NCBI GenBank assembly: GCA_001788295.1 | Contig: MGBO01000021.1 | Coordinates: 74,003 to 138,002 of the forward strand | Reading direction: 5' to 3' | DNA length: 64,000 bases | From: Candidatus Roizmanbacteria bacterium RIFOXYC1_FULL_41_16 | GTDB taxonomy: Bacteria; Patescibacteriota; Microgenomatia; UBA1406 | Shown: in pieces, positions 32,033 through 41,553 of the stretch | How the letters are laid out: each line of letters begins with the position of its first letter | Position numbering within the stretch: the stretch's first letter is position 1 | The notes under the pieces: generated by a model | Told to the model about the DNA's origin: nothing | Database searches by the model: none | The model's input: the letters and a program-made list of their open reading frames with translations, nothing else | Translations under genes and position numbers: made by a program

Positions 32033-32863
32033 ATGACTAATCTCGATCAGGAGCGACTTAAAGCCAAAGCGATTGACGAAGCGGTCTTGGGTAATTACGA
32101 AGCTGCCATCCTACTCAATAAACAAGTACTCGAGCTAGATCCCTCTGATATTGATTCACTAATGCAGCTAGCTCATGCCTACTGGCAAACCGGTTCCCTA
32201 TCTCAAGCCCGTAAATACTATCGCCAAGCCCTTAGCTTTGAACCAAACAACAGTCTGGCCAAAAAACGCTTGGCCTTACTCAATGCCCTAAACGGTAAAG
32301 ATAACAGTATCAATACGGCTAATCGGCCGGCAGTCAAGGTGGTCGCCATTGCCGATCTGATCGAAGAACCGGGCAAAACCAAGATAATCAAACTTTCCAA
32401 TATTGGCAAACCAGAACATTTGAGCCTTCTCAAAATCGGAGAGGAATTATTTTTAAAGCTGCGCAAACGTCGCCTCGAAGCACGAGATGTCGCTGGTAAT
32501 TTTATCGGTTGCCTTCCGGACGATATTTCCAAACGCCTGATTAATTTTACCAACGAAAAAGGAATCTACGAGGCCTATGTTTTTTCAATTGACAAAAATG
32601 AAGTTAAAATTTTTATCAGGGAAATTTCCAAACCGGCCAAATATCGGCACATGTCAAGTTTTATTTCCGAAGACAGTCACCTGGAAATCGAGGAAGATGA
32701 TAATATCAAACCTCCGGTTGAAGAAACTGATCTTGATTTGGATGCCGAGAAAATTTTGTTAACTCCAGACGAAATTATTGCTCAACACAAAGCCGAACAA
32801 GACGAGGATGAAGACGATGACGAGGACGACGATAAAGAAACTTATCAGGAATACGAAGAATAA
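32033..32863 (+). CDS. TPR-repeat protein with acidic tail
   Basis: TPR helices, EEPGKTK, D/E-rich C-terminus; TTGACT-16 bp-TATACT upstream. Confidence 0.75.
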   Translation: MTNLDQERLKAKAIDEAVLGNYEAAILLNKQVLELDPSDIDSLMQLAHAYWQTGSLSQARKYYRQALSFEPNNSLAKKRLALLNALNGKDNSINTANRPAVKVVAIADLIEEPGKTKIIKLSNIGKPEHLSLLKIGEELFLKLRKRRLEARDVAGNFIGCLPDDISKRLINFTNEKGIYEAYVFSIDKNEVKIFIREISKPAKYRHMSSFISEDSHLEIEEDDNIKPPVEETDLDLDAEKILLTPDEIIAQHKAEQDEDEDDDEDDDKETYQEYEE

Positions 32864-33027
32864 TGTTTCGGGGGTTCCCCCTTTTCAATTAATATTCCGC
32901 CCTTAATTTTAGACTGTCGGTATTTTTTGGATAATTCTTGCAATTCGGTTGTTCCCTGCTCTTTTTTCATCGACCAAACCGCCAAAAAGAAAGAAACAAA
33001 CAACACTACGACTACAATTGCATACAT
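32845..33027 (-). CDS. Small membrane protein
   Basis: N-terminal TM helix; abuts the upstream gene. Confidence 0.55.
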   Translation of the reverse strand: MYAIVVVVLFVSFFLAVWSMKKEQGTTELQELSKKYRQSKIKGGILIEKGEPPKHYSSYS

Positions 33028-33028
33028 C

Positions 33029-33910
33029 TTATTTCAAAGTATACTTGATAATGGCGGACTTTTGAATTTGAATTTGGCAATCAAAAAGTCGTTTTAATTT
33101 CAAAAGAATTGGTCGCTGTGCCTCTGTTCCGGCAATTAAGCACTGTTTGTTTTTCAACTGGTCCCTCACTTGAATTTCAATCACTTTCACGCCAATACCC
33201 TCAAGCTGGCGAAGGATCAGGTTAGCCTGATCGTAATTCTTACTACTGGTCACGACAACCGAATTCAGAGACTCGTTCAACAAAGAATCGTGATAAAACA
33301 GACCTTTTAGTTTCGTATCCAGCTTATCAGAGTAATAATAAGTCCGTTTATTTTTTGTTAATCCCAGATCCGAAGTATTCAAAAAAACCAGATGATCGTG
33401 TCGAACTTTAAACAGACTTCTGATTAACAGCCGATCAAACAAATTACGGACAGAGTGTTTATATTGTGAATGAAATAATTTGCTTTTCACCAAATCATAA
33501 TAGTACTCATTAAAAGAAACGTCTTTGAATTCAGTCACTCTGGCTGCTTTCGGATAATAAACAAAATCAATCGGCGCCCCCACCAACTCACCAAATGCCT
33601 GTTTCAAAATCGTCTCGCGACTGGCTTCAATTTTACCCAAGAGATCAAGACTGCCAATTCTATACCAGTCGTAACCAAGCGGGACTCTGACCAAATAATC
33701 GGGCCGGAAATATGTGATAATGGCCAGGTTTTTGTGCCTATCAAGCGAATATACAAATGGTGTCTGTGCAAAGACAGCAATGTTGATCCGGTCCGGTTCA
33801 CGTAAAACTACCGAACTACGCCATTGTTGATAAAGATACAAGCAAAGAATAAGGACTAAAACCACCAGCACCAGCAGTTTGTTAAAACCTGATTTATTCT
33901 TGAATCCCAT
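33029..33910 (-). CDS. Membrane-anchored hypothetical protein
   Basis: N-terminal TM helix; overlaps the antiporter gene end. Confidence 0.6.
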   Translation of the reverse strand: MGFKNKSGFNKLLVLVVLVLILCLYLYQQWRSSVVLREPDRINIAVFAQTPFVYSLDRHKNLAIITYFRPDYLVRVPLGYDWYRIGSLDLLGKIEASRETILKQAFGELVGAPIDFVYYPKAARVTEFKDVSFNEYYYDLVKSKLFHSQYKHSVRNLFDRLLIRSLFKVRHDHLVFLNTSDLGLTKNKRTYYYSDKLDTKLKGLFYHDSLLNESLNSVVVTSSKNYDQANLILRQLEGIGVKVIEIQVRDQLKNKQCLIAGTEAQRPILLKLKRLFDCQIQIQKSAIIKYTLK

Positions 33911-35597
33911 GCTCCATTTTTAAATACTGCAGTCTTTTTTTAATTTCCGGTTTTTCCAAATTGTAAAGTTTGAGAATTTTTTTAAGTAAGGTAATGGCGG
34001 CTTCAAACTCAGGCTGAATCACCTGTGACACACCAAGTGCTTTGAAATGCCTCAGATTACTGCTCAAATGAGTTCGAGTCAAAATCCGAATATCCGGGTT
34101 AATCCGCCTGGCTTCCAAAATAATCTGTTCCTGCTCGATCGAGGACGGCACGGACAGAATCAGAAATTTGGCTTTCTCCACCTGCGCATAATCCAAAATT
34201 TCCGGCTCGGTCGCGTCGCCATACACCGCTTTCACTCCCCGATGCAGCAACTTTTTGATTCTGTCCGCGTCAGTATCAATAACCACCAAAGGCAACTGAC
34301 TCAAAATCAAGCCATGACCAATATAGCTGCCCACCCGACCGTAACCACAAAGAACAATATGATTGTCAAATTTCAGTTGATCAAAAACCATTTTCACTTC
34401 ACGAGTGGAAAAATGCTTTAAAAACGGCAGGTGTCGACTGATAAAATAGTTAAACCAGCGGTAAAATTTAAGCTTAGAACGATAAACAAAACTAAACAAA
34501 AGCAGGCTTGCCGTAATTACCATTACCAGAAATTGGTAATGGGCATTGCCGATTAAACGGCTCCGGCTCATCAAAGTCAGCAAAATAAAAGCAAATTCAC
34601 CAATTTGCATCAGATCAAAGCTGACCCAAAAAGCGGTTTTTTGGTGCAGGCCAAGAACAATAAAGATCAGCCAGAGCACCACAAACTTAATCACCATCAA
34701 AACAAAAGCTGCCCCAAAAGCCCCAATCATGATCAAAGGATTAAAATTGGTGATGTAAGTGCCCAAAAAAAAGAAGAACAAAACTAAGAGAACGTCGCGA
34801 AAAACCCTGACCTGAGAAAATATTTCATGTTGTTCGCGTCTACCTGCCAAAAGCAGGCCGATGATAAAACCGGCCGTGGTTTCGGGGATACTGAAATACC
34901 CAAACAAACCGATTAACAAAAACAAAAGTGCAAAAGTAAACAAGGCCAACTCTTCCCTATTCAGGCGGAGTTTGTCAAAAACCAAATTTATTATTTTTGT
35001 TAATAAATAAAAACTCAAGGCAATCAGAGCAACCTTTTGAACAAACAGCCAGGCCAAAACTAATCCACCCTGGCTCTTCCCCACCAAAAAGGTCAATAAG
35101 GTAATTGCAACCACCGAAACCAGATCCTGAAAAATCAAAATACTGAGTGTGACCTCACCCGAAACAGAGGCATCTTCGGCCCGAGATTGTAATAGCTTAC
35201 CAACCACTGCGGTTGAAGACATCGCTAGAGTCAAACCCACCAACAGAGCCGGCATTAAACTATGAATAAGCAAATAGCTGGGAATAGCCAGAATCAGGCC
35301 GGTGATCACCACTTGCGCCACCGAACCGGTAATCAGCAAGCGCCCGGCGCTAAACAAGCGCTGCAGGGACAACTCCAAACCAATTGTAAACAACAACAAC
35401 ACAATTCCCAAATTAGACAAGGGCTCAAAAAAACTTTTGACCGCTTCATTGTTCAAAAACAGATTGCTGGCACACAATCCCAAAATAATATAAAAGATAA
35501 GGCTTGGTTTTTGCAATTTTCCGGCTAACACTGAACCAAACAAAGAAGTCAAAAGAATGGCAGACAAAATCAGGAACAAGGAATTCAAACTCAGCAT
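33894..35597 (-). CDS. CPA2/KefC-like cation:proton antiporter with TrkA-N (KTN) domain
   Basis: LLLFTIGLE, MSSTAVV, FQDL, QIGEFAF, CGYGRVG, YGDAT. Confidence 0.9.
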   Translation of the reverse strand: MLSLNSLFLILSAILLTSLFGSVLAGKLQKPSLIFYIILGLCASNLFLNNEAVKSFFEPLSNLGIVLLLFTIGLELSLQRLFSAGRLLITGSVAQVVITGLILAIPSYLLIHSLMPALLVGLTLAMSSTAVVGKLLQSRAEDASVSGEVTLSILIFQDLVSVVAITLLTFLVGKSQGGLVLAWLFVQKVALIALSFYLLTKIINLVFDKLRLNREELALFTFALLFLLIGLFGYFSIPETTAGFIIGLLLAGRREQHEIFSQVRVFRDVLLVLFFFFLGTYITNFNPLIMIGAFGAAFVLMVIKFVVLWLIFIVLGLHQKTAFWVSFDLMQIGEFAFILLTLMSRSRLIGNAHYQFLVMVITASLLLFSFVYRSKLKFYRWFNYFISRHLPFLKHFSTREVKMVFDQLKFDNHIVLCGYGRVGSYIGHGLILSQLPLVVIDTDADRIKKLLHRGVKAVYGDATEPEILDYAQVEKAKFLILSVPSSIEQEQIILEARRINPDIRILTRTHLSSNLRHFKALGVSQVIQPEFEAAITLLKKILKLYNLEKPEIKKRLQYLKMEHGIQE

Positions 35598-35626
35598 CTG
35601 TTCATTATAGCAAACAAAAAAATGGG

Positions 35627-35986
35627 TTAGTTGCTGTTAGCACACTTGATGCAAAGGCTGGCCAAGGGATTTGAAGACAATCTATCGGTGTCAATCATTT
35701 TACCACAGCCGGTACAAAATCCATAGGTTTCCTTGTCAATTCGCTCCAAGGCATCATTGACTTCGCTGAGTCGTTTTTTAAGCTGATCGCGATTACCCTC
35801 AGATTGCTGGTGGGCAATCTCTTCTCTCACGTCAAGTCCGATATCAGCGTTGTCGTTAGCGTGATCCGGATCCTTGTAAGGATCACTCTCATCAATCTGG
35901 CCCAAACGCTTCTCCAAATGCTTCTGTTCATCTTCAAAATGGGCTCTGATTTTAGCCAGAATTCTTCTGGGATATTTGGTGTCCAT
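35627..35986 (-). CDS. DksA/TraR C4 zinc-finger protein
   Basis: ALERI...YGFCTGC...RL...CIKC. Confidence 0.85.
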   Translation of the reverse strand: MDTKYPRRILAKIRAHFEDEQKHLEKRLGQIDESDPYKDPDHANDNADIGLDVREEIAHQQSEGNRDQLKKRLSEVNDALERIDKETYGFCTGCGKMIDTDRLSSNPLASLCIKCANSN

Positions 35987-35988
35987 GT

Positions 35989-36687
35989 TTATTTTCGGTT
36001 TCTAAATTGCCTTAAAACTAATAAAACCGTACTGATTATAATCGCTGCCAAGTACGGTAACTGTTCTATACTTAAGAACTTTAATCCCACAAAGTATACT
36101 CTCTCCTTTTGAAAAAAGTCAACCAGGAAATTTGGCAATAATAGATAAACCATTAGTAAGAAAAAAGGCTTTTCTTTAAGGCTTTTATTTTTCAGTAAAT
36201 GCGTCAAAATCAGATAAGCACCGATCAAAATTAGTAACGAAGCAAGCATAACCAAACCGGCAAGACTGAATTCTTTGATTAAAGAAAAGGCCGTCAGCAA
36301 AATTTTGGCAGTGACAAGGGGTGCCAAAAATACTTTTGTTAATGTCACAAAACCGATCTTTTTTTGATAACCATAAATAAACCAATAAACAAAAAAAGCC
36401 ATCCAAAAATAGAACTCGGTGATTCCCGGATAATTGACCAGCAAAAATGGTGTCAAAAGATTGCCTCGAAATAAGTCATAATTCATAATGATATAAGCGA
36501 TACGACCAATAACGAGGGCAAAAACTCCGGCGCCAAACAAAGCGTCAACCATTTTCTCCTCGTTGAGCGAGGTTTTGCGAAGATTACGCCAGAATAAAAA
36601 CAAGAAAACCACCAAAGTCAAAAAGACACCCAAACCGTAAACGTAAAGATTCAAACCCAAGAGTGATGTTAAAAAATTGTTGATCAT
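35989..36687 (-). CDS. Lgt (prolipoprotein diacylglyceryl transferase)-like membrane protein
   Basis: YGL..., GRIAYI; multiple TM helices; divergent. Confidence 0.5.
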   Translation of the reverse strand: MINNFLTSLLGLNLYVYGLGVFLTLVVFLFLFWRNLRKTSLNEEKMVDALFGAGVFALVIGRIAYIIMNYDLFRGNLLTPFLLVNYPGITEFYFWMAFFVYWFIYGYQKKIGFVTLTKVFLAPLVTAKILLTAFSLIKEFSLAGLVMLASLLILIGAYLILTHLLKNKSLKEKPFFLLMVYLLLPNFLVDFFQKERVYFVGLKFLSIEQLPYLAAIIISTVLLVLRQFRNRK

Positions 36688-36697
36688 TTGTTTTTCT

Positions 36698-36784
36698 TGG
36701 TGCCAGGGAAGGGACTTGAACCCTTACACCCATAATGGGCACAGGATCCTAAATCCTGCGTGTCTGCCATTCCACCACCCTGGC
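36698..36784 (-). tRNA. tRNA-Leu(TAG), CCA encoded
   Basis: GCCAGGG acceptor stem, CAGGA-TTTAGGA-TCCTG anticodon arm, long variable arm, GGTTCAAGTCC. Confidence 0.95.
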
Positions 36785-36838
36785 AAAATCCAATTCTTAC
36801 CCGGCAAAAAATTGACTTTCTATAATATTATAGCAATT

Positions 36839-38182
36839 TTACATCTCTTCACGGTGTTCCAGCTCGTAGAATTTCAGTTCGTTGGCCTTAAAGATAAAGT
36901 CAAATTCACCGGTTGGACCGGAACGATGCTTGGCAATCAGACATTTTAGGGTACGCTTGCCTTCTGGCAAAAGGTCATCATCCTCTTCAGCCCGGTACAA
37001 AAACATGACAATATCAGCGTCCTGTTCGATGGCTCCGGAATCACGAAGATCAGCCAGCTGTGGCTTCTTTTCGCCTCGTTGCTCAACCGCACGTGACAAC
37101 TGAGACAAGGCAATTACCGGTACTTGCAATTCGCGGGCAATATTCTTTAAGCCTTGAGAGATATAGGAAACCTCCTGAACCCGAGAGTCGGTTTTGCGGC
37201 CTGGATCGGCCAACTGAATGTAATCCATAACAATTAAGTCCAGCTTTTTTTCAATTTGGAGTTTTCGGGCTTTGGTTCGCATTTCAGTAATCGACAAAGC
37301 CGGAGTGTCGTCGATAAAAAGATTGGCGTCGGCCAAGCGACCATAAGCTTGAGTCAATCTGGTCATTTCATCGTCGTTAAGTTTGCCAGTTTTCAGTTTC
37401 CAGGAGTCAATTCTCGCCTCCATCACCAGCATCCGGTCTACCAACTCTTCTTTACTCATTTCAAGTGAGAAAAACCCGACTGTTTTTTTCTCTTCCAAAC
37501 ACAAATAATTAGCAATGTTTAAGGCAAAAGTGGTTTTACCAATGCCTGGCCGGGCGGCAATAATAACCAAATTTGAAGGATTCAAGCCGGCCAATTTATT
37601 GTCCAAATGGCTAAATCCGGTTGGCAAACCACGCATACCGACTCCGGATTTCATAATTTTTTCCAACTGCTCGTATGAAGCGGTTAATAAATCCTTAACC
37701 GGAATAAATTGGCGCCGGATACTTTCCTGAGAAAGAGCAAAAATGTCGCGCTCGGCTATATTAAGCAGGTCCGCGACCCCACCCTCTTCTTTAAAAGCTT
37801 GTCGAACCAAATCAGAACCCAGGCTGATCAAGCTCCGTTTCACTGCCGAGTCTTTGACCACCTTGGCATATTGCTCAATATTGGCGCTGGTGGGAACAAT
37901 TTCCACCAATTGGGAAAGATATGATTTACCGCCAATGTCTTTGTAAGCTTTTTGTTTCTTGAGCTCGTTAGCCAAAGTAAGAATGTCAATCGGCTCGTTG
38001 GCTTGAAAAAGACTCAGCATTGCTTCAAAAATCAGCTGATTTTCCCGATAATAAAAATGTTTAGGACTTAGGGTTTGTGAAGCAATAGAAACACTTGATG
38101 GATCAATCAGAACCGCGCCCAGCACCGATTGCTCCGCCTCTTGATCGTGCGGTGGTGTCTGTTTGTTATCAGTGTCTTTCAT
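36839..38182 (-). CDS. dnaB: Replicative DNA helicase
   Basis: EQSVLGA, ARPGIGKT, FSLEM, DYIQL, LSQLSR, DLRDSGAIEQDAD; start reset to ATG 38182. Confidence 0.95.
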   Translation of the reverse strand: MKDTDNKQTPPHDQEAEQSVLGAVLIDPSSVSIASQTLSPKHFYYRENQLIFEAMLSLFQANEPIDILTLANELKKQKAYKDIGGKSYLSQLVEIVPTSANIEQYAKVVKDSAVKRSLISLGSDLVRQAFKEEGGVADLLNIAERDIFALSQESIRRQFIPVKDLLTASYEQLEKIMKSGVGMRGLPTGFSHLDNKLAGLNPSNLVIIAARPGIGKTTFALNIANYLCLEEKKTVGFFSLEMSKEELVDRMLVMEARIDSWKLKTGKLNDDEMTRLTQAYGRLADANLFIDDTPALSITEMRTKARKLQIEKKLDLIVMDYIQLADPGRKTDSRVQEVSYISQGLKNIARELQVPVIALSQLSRAVEQRGEKKPQLADLRDSGAIEQDADIVMFLYRAEEDDDLLPEGKRTLKCLIAKHRSGPTGEFDFIFKANELKFYELEHREEM

Positions 38183-38186
38183 TGTC

Positions 38187-38837
38187 CTATTTGGCAATAT
38201 CCAACACAACGAGTTCGTTTTCTGGCAGGTCTTCTTCGGTTTTAATCTCAAACTTGGGAATTGGTGCCAGAGCGTCTTTACCCATGAGTTTCAAAAACTC
38301 CTCTACTTTAGCCAATTGACCAAATTCGGCCGGATTGTGTTTGTCGGTTTGGTAATGCATCGGAATTGTTATTGAGGGCTTAATCAACTCAATGACCTTT
38401 TTGGCAGTTTGGCCATCAATTGTATAAGTGCCGCCAACCGGAATCAAAAGAACATCGGTATCCTCAAGCTCGTCAATCAAGGCTGGTTCGGGCAGATGTC
38501 CCAAATCACCCAGATGTGTTAACACAACATTATTAATGATAATTTTGAAAATAATATTCTCTCCCCGTTTTTGACCCTGCTCCTGGTCATGATAACTTTG
38601 ATAACCAAAAACCTTGACTCCCTTAACTTCGTACTCTCCGGGGAAATCAAACACCACCCCATTGCAAACCGCGGCGGTTTGATTGTGGTCTTTGTGCTGG
38701 TGCGAAACCGTCACAATATCGGCATCCACTTTGGGCATATTCAAACCCACCATTTTTGAATCAAAAGGATCCATGAGTACAGACGATTCTTTGTTCTTAA
38801 TATAAAAACAGGAGTGACCAAAGTATTGAATTTTCAT
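38187..38837 (-). CDS. MBL-fold metallo-hydrolase
   Basis: GHSCF, SHQHKDH, HLGDLGH, PVGG, IPMHY. Confidence 0.85.
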   Translation of the reverse strand: MKIQYFGHSCFYIKNKESSVLMDPFDSKMVGLNMPKVDADIVTVSHQHKDHNQTAAVCNGVVFDFPGEYEVKGVKVFGYQSYHDQEQGQKRGENIIFKIIINNVVLTHLGDLGHLPEPALIDELEDTDVLLIPVGGTYTIDGQTAKKVIELIKPSITIPMHYQTDKHNPAEFGQLAKVEEFLKLMGKDALAPIPKFEIKTEEDLPENELVVLDIAK

Positions 38838-38888
38838 CGTCTTTCTAGTGTATAACTTCTCCCTATCTTTATCAACCCGTGATAAAAC

Positions 38889-38910
38889 TACACCCCGGGG
38901 GTGTTACGGG
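38889..38910. repeat. Palindrome family B, copy 1 (just 3' of tgt)
   Basis: TACACCCCGGGGGTGTTACGGG; identical 22-mer (reverse) at 60373-60394. Confidence 0.85.
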
Positions 38911-38911
38911 G

Positions 38912-39967
38912 CTACCTTAAGCTCTTAACCAATGAATTATAAAAAGTCAGGTTATGAATGGTAGCTAGCCGATAGTATAAGGTTTCTTTAATTTTGTAAA
39001 GATGATGCAGATAAGCCCGAGAGTAATTTTGACAGGTCGGGCATGAACAATTATTATCGATTGGTTTTGGGTCTTTGGCAAATACTCCCCGACCAATGTA
39101 AAGAAATTTATTCTTTGGCAAGTATAAACGGCCGTGTCTGGCGTCGCGGGTGGGCAGCACACAATCGAAAAAGTGATAACCGTACTTGACTCCCAAAGTA
39201 ATATCCGAGGGCTTCCCCACGCCCAAGGCAAAGCGCGGTTTGTGATCCGGAGTCAGAGAAGCGTTGTATTTAAAAAGCTTATTATTAAACTGTCCCTGCT
39301 CATTAATTGGCCACCCGCCATATCCATAAAGATCAAAATTCATCTTGACCAGCTCTTGGCTACAGGCTTGTCTAAGTTTTTCATTATTCCCCCCCTGAAG
39401 CACGCCCATTAACCAAGGCCGGTTTGCCTCTGACAATTTTCGTTGTTTTATTTGCCGCTCAAATTCGTCTTTTGAACGCCTGGCCCATTTTAAGGTTAGA
39501 TCCACCGAGCGCTCCTGTTCGAGTTTGCTGGCTTTAGGATCGGTAAAATAATCCAATACCACCATCACATCTGAGTTAATCGCAAATTGAGTCTGAATTG
39601 AAAGCTCCGGCGTAAACAAAATTGTTTTATCTTCGCCTTTTATCCGCCAGGTAAATTTAAGCCCATCGGGCAAAATTTTTCCTTTGATTTTGGCTTGATG
39701 AAGTAAAGACATGATTTGAAACCCACCAGAATCAGAAACGACCAAACCTTCAAAATTCATAAATTTCGAGACGCCGCCAAATTGCTGCAACCTTTCCATT
39801 CCGGGATTAATCATTAAATGAAAAGTATTCACTACCACCGCATCAATACCACAGCCGTCCAAATCCGCCTTATCCAAACCACGTACCACGCCCAAAGTGG
39901 CGTCTGGCAAAAAAATCGGAAGGTCAATTGATTTGCCCCGAATAGTCAGATTGGTTATGCCGCTCAT
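38912..39967 (-). CDS. tgt: tRNA-guanine transglycosylase
   Basis: NTFHL, DSGGFQ, LGVG, FDCVLPTRDARHG, CSCPTC...HN; start reset to ATG 39967. Confidence 0.93.
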   Translation of the reverse strand: MSGITNLTIRGKSIDLPIFLPDATLGVVRGLDKADLDGCGIDAVVVNTFHLMINPGMERLQQFGGVSKFMNFEGLVVSDSGGFQIMSLLHQAKIKGKILPDGLKFTWRIKGEDKTILFTPELSIQTQFAINSDVMVVLDYFTDPKASKLEQERSVDLTLKWARRSKDEFERQIKQRKLSEANRPWLMGVLQGGNNEKLRQACSQELVKMNFDLYGYGGWPINEQGQFNNKLFKYNASLTPDHKPRFALGVGKPSDITLGVKYGYHFFDCVLPTRDARHGRLYLPKNKFLYIGRGVFAKDPKPIDNNCSCPTCQNYSRAYLHHLYKIKETLYYRLATIHNLTFYNSLVKSLR

Positions 39968-39988
39968 TTTACGGTAAAATACTTTATT

Positions 39989-40468
39989 ATGTTCAACATT
40001 ATACCAATCAAACAGAGTAAGAGTTATTGGTGCGGCCCAGCCAGCCTTAAAATGGTTCTGTCTTATTATCACCTTGACATTAGAGAGCGCGAACTGGCGC
40101 AAAAAACCCAGGCCAGTCCGATTCACGGCGTCAGCTCAACTAATTTAGTTAAAACCGCTACCGAATACGGCCTAAAGGGATTTATTAAAAGTGATGCCGA
40201 ACTAAATGACATCAAACATTATGTTTTGGACAAACAGATTCCGGTAATTGTCGATTGGTTTCAAATTGACGATGGCCATTACTCGGTCGTTGTCGATATC
40301 AACGACAAATATATCTATCTACTTGATCCGTATGTCGGCCATCTGGTTAGTTTTAAAATCCATCATTTTTACCGTATCTGGTTTGATTTTCCTGGGCCTT
40401 ATCTAGCCAAAAAAGAAGATTTGATTTTGCGCCAGATGATTGTGATTTCCAAAAAAATCAATAAATAA
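39989..40468 (+). CDS. Stand-alone C39-family cysteine peptidase
   Basis: QSKSYWCGPASLKMVL (Q...C), GHYSVV, LLDP; no ABC-transporter domain. Confidence 0.8.
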   Translation: MFNIIPIKQSKSYWCGPASLKMVLSYYHLDIRERELAQKTQASPIHGVSSTNLVKTATEYGLKGFIKSDAELNDIKHYVLDKQIPVIVDWFQIDDGHYSVVVDINDKYIYLLDPYVGHLVSFKIHHFYRIWFDFPGPYLAKKEDLILRQMIVISKKINK

Positions 40469-40506
40469 TTCTTGACATTTTTAGCCGATTGTTTATTATT
40501 CACTTG

Positions 40507-41553
40507 ATGCAAAATACTGATAAACCTGGCGGCGACGAAAAACTAACTAACGGCAACGGCAATAATTTGATTCTCCCCAAAAGCCTGAGCATTATCTACA
40601 GCGATGTCAAGCGTGAATACTTCCCTACCGAAGCTCAATATATTACCGAAAAAGATGCCAAGAAAAATGCCGAGGCTGTGGGTAGTTATGTTGAAAAACT
40701 CGGTGTCAAAGTCCGGCTGATTCCGGCTAACGTCGACCTTCCTCAACATTTGCGTCAGGATAAGCCGGAAATGGTCATGAACCTGGTCGATTCTGTTCGC
40801 GGCAACGAGTACTTGAGCTCAACTATTCCCGCTTTGCTGGAATTTTTGCAAATCCCCTACACCGGCACCAGTGTCTATGGTATGTCCTTGTGTTTTAATA
40901 AATTTCTAACCAAAAAAGTGTTTGAGCAAAATGGCATTCCGGTGCCTCGGTATCAGTTGTTCAATACTGCCACCGACTTACTCGAACCCACCTTGAGATT
41001 TCCACTTATTTCCAAGCTCAACGAAATTCACGGTTCGGTAGAAATTACCCAGGAGGCTGTCTCGGAAACCGAAAAACAATTGCGTGACCGGCTCAAATAT
41101 TTAATCAGTACTTATAATCAGCAAGTACTGGTTGAGGAATTTGTGGTTGGTCGGGAAATCTCCGCTTATATTTTAGAGGGTGTTCACAAAAAAATTTATT
41201 TGGTCGAAAATATTTTTGCCGAATCCGATAATAAATATCAATTTGCCGATTTTCAGATGCAGTGGGTCGATACCGAAAGCAAAATTACCAATCAAAAGTT
41301 TTCCGATCCCCTGCTCAAAGAATATGTTCGTAAGGCTTTCGACATTGCCCGAATGTCTGATTACAGCAAATTCGATATCCGCCTGGATAATTCCGGCCGC
41401 TATTATTTCATCGATTCCAATGCCAATCCTTTTTTTGGCCCCCCCGAGATCGAGTGCCCCTTAACCAAAACTCTGGAAATGTACTCCATTAGTTTCCCGG
41501 AAATTCTCAAGAGATTAATTAATAATACCATGAGGGAGGCCCATGACATCTGA
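40507..41553 (+). CDS. ATP-grasp ligase, D-Ala-D-Ala-ligase-like
   Basis: IPYTG, NKFLTK, GIPVP, HGS, LVEEFV.GRE, DIRLD, FIDSNANP; own TTGACA-16 bp-TATTAT promoter at 40472-40499. Confidence 0.8.
   Translation: MQNTDKPGGDEKLTNGNGNNLILPKSLSIIYSDVKREYFPTEAQYITEKDAKKNAEAVGSYVEKLGVKVRLIPANVDLPQHLRQDKPEMVMNLVDSVRGNEYLSSTIPALLEFLQIPYTGTSVYGMSLCFNKFLTKKVFEQNGIPVPRYQLFNTATDLLEPTLRFPLISKLNEIHGSVEITQEAVSETEKQLRDRLKYLISTYNQQVLVEEFVVGREISAYILEGVHKKIYLVENIFAESDNKYQFADFQMQWVDTESKITNQKFSDPLLKEYVRKAFDIARMSDYSKFDIRLDNSGRYYFIDSNANPFFGPPEIECPLTKTLEMYSISFPEILKRLINNTMREAHDI

Noticed and set aside
36677..36949. 90-aa ORF
   Set aside because: Antisense reading of tRNA-Leu and the dnaB end
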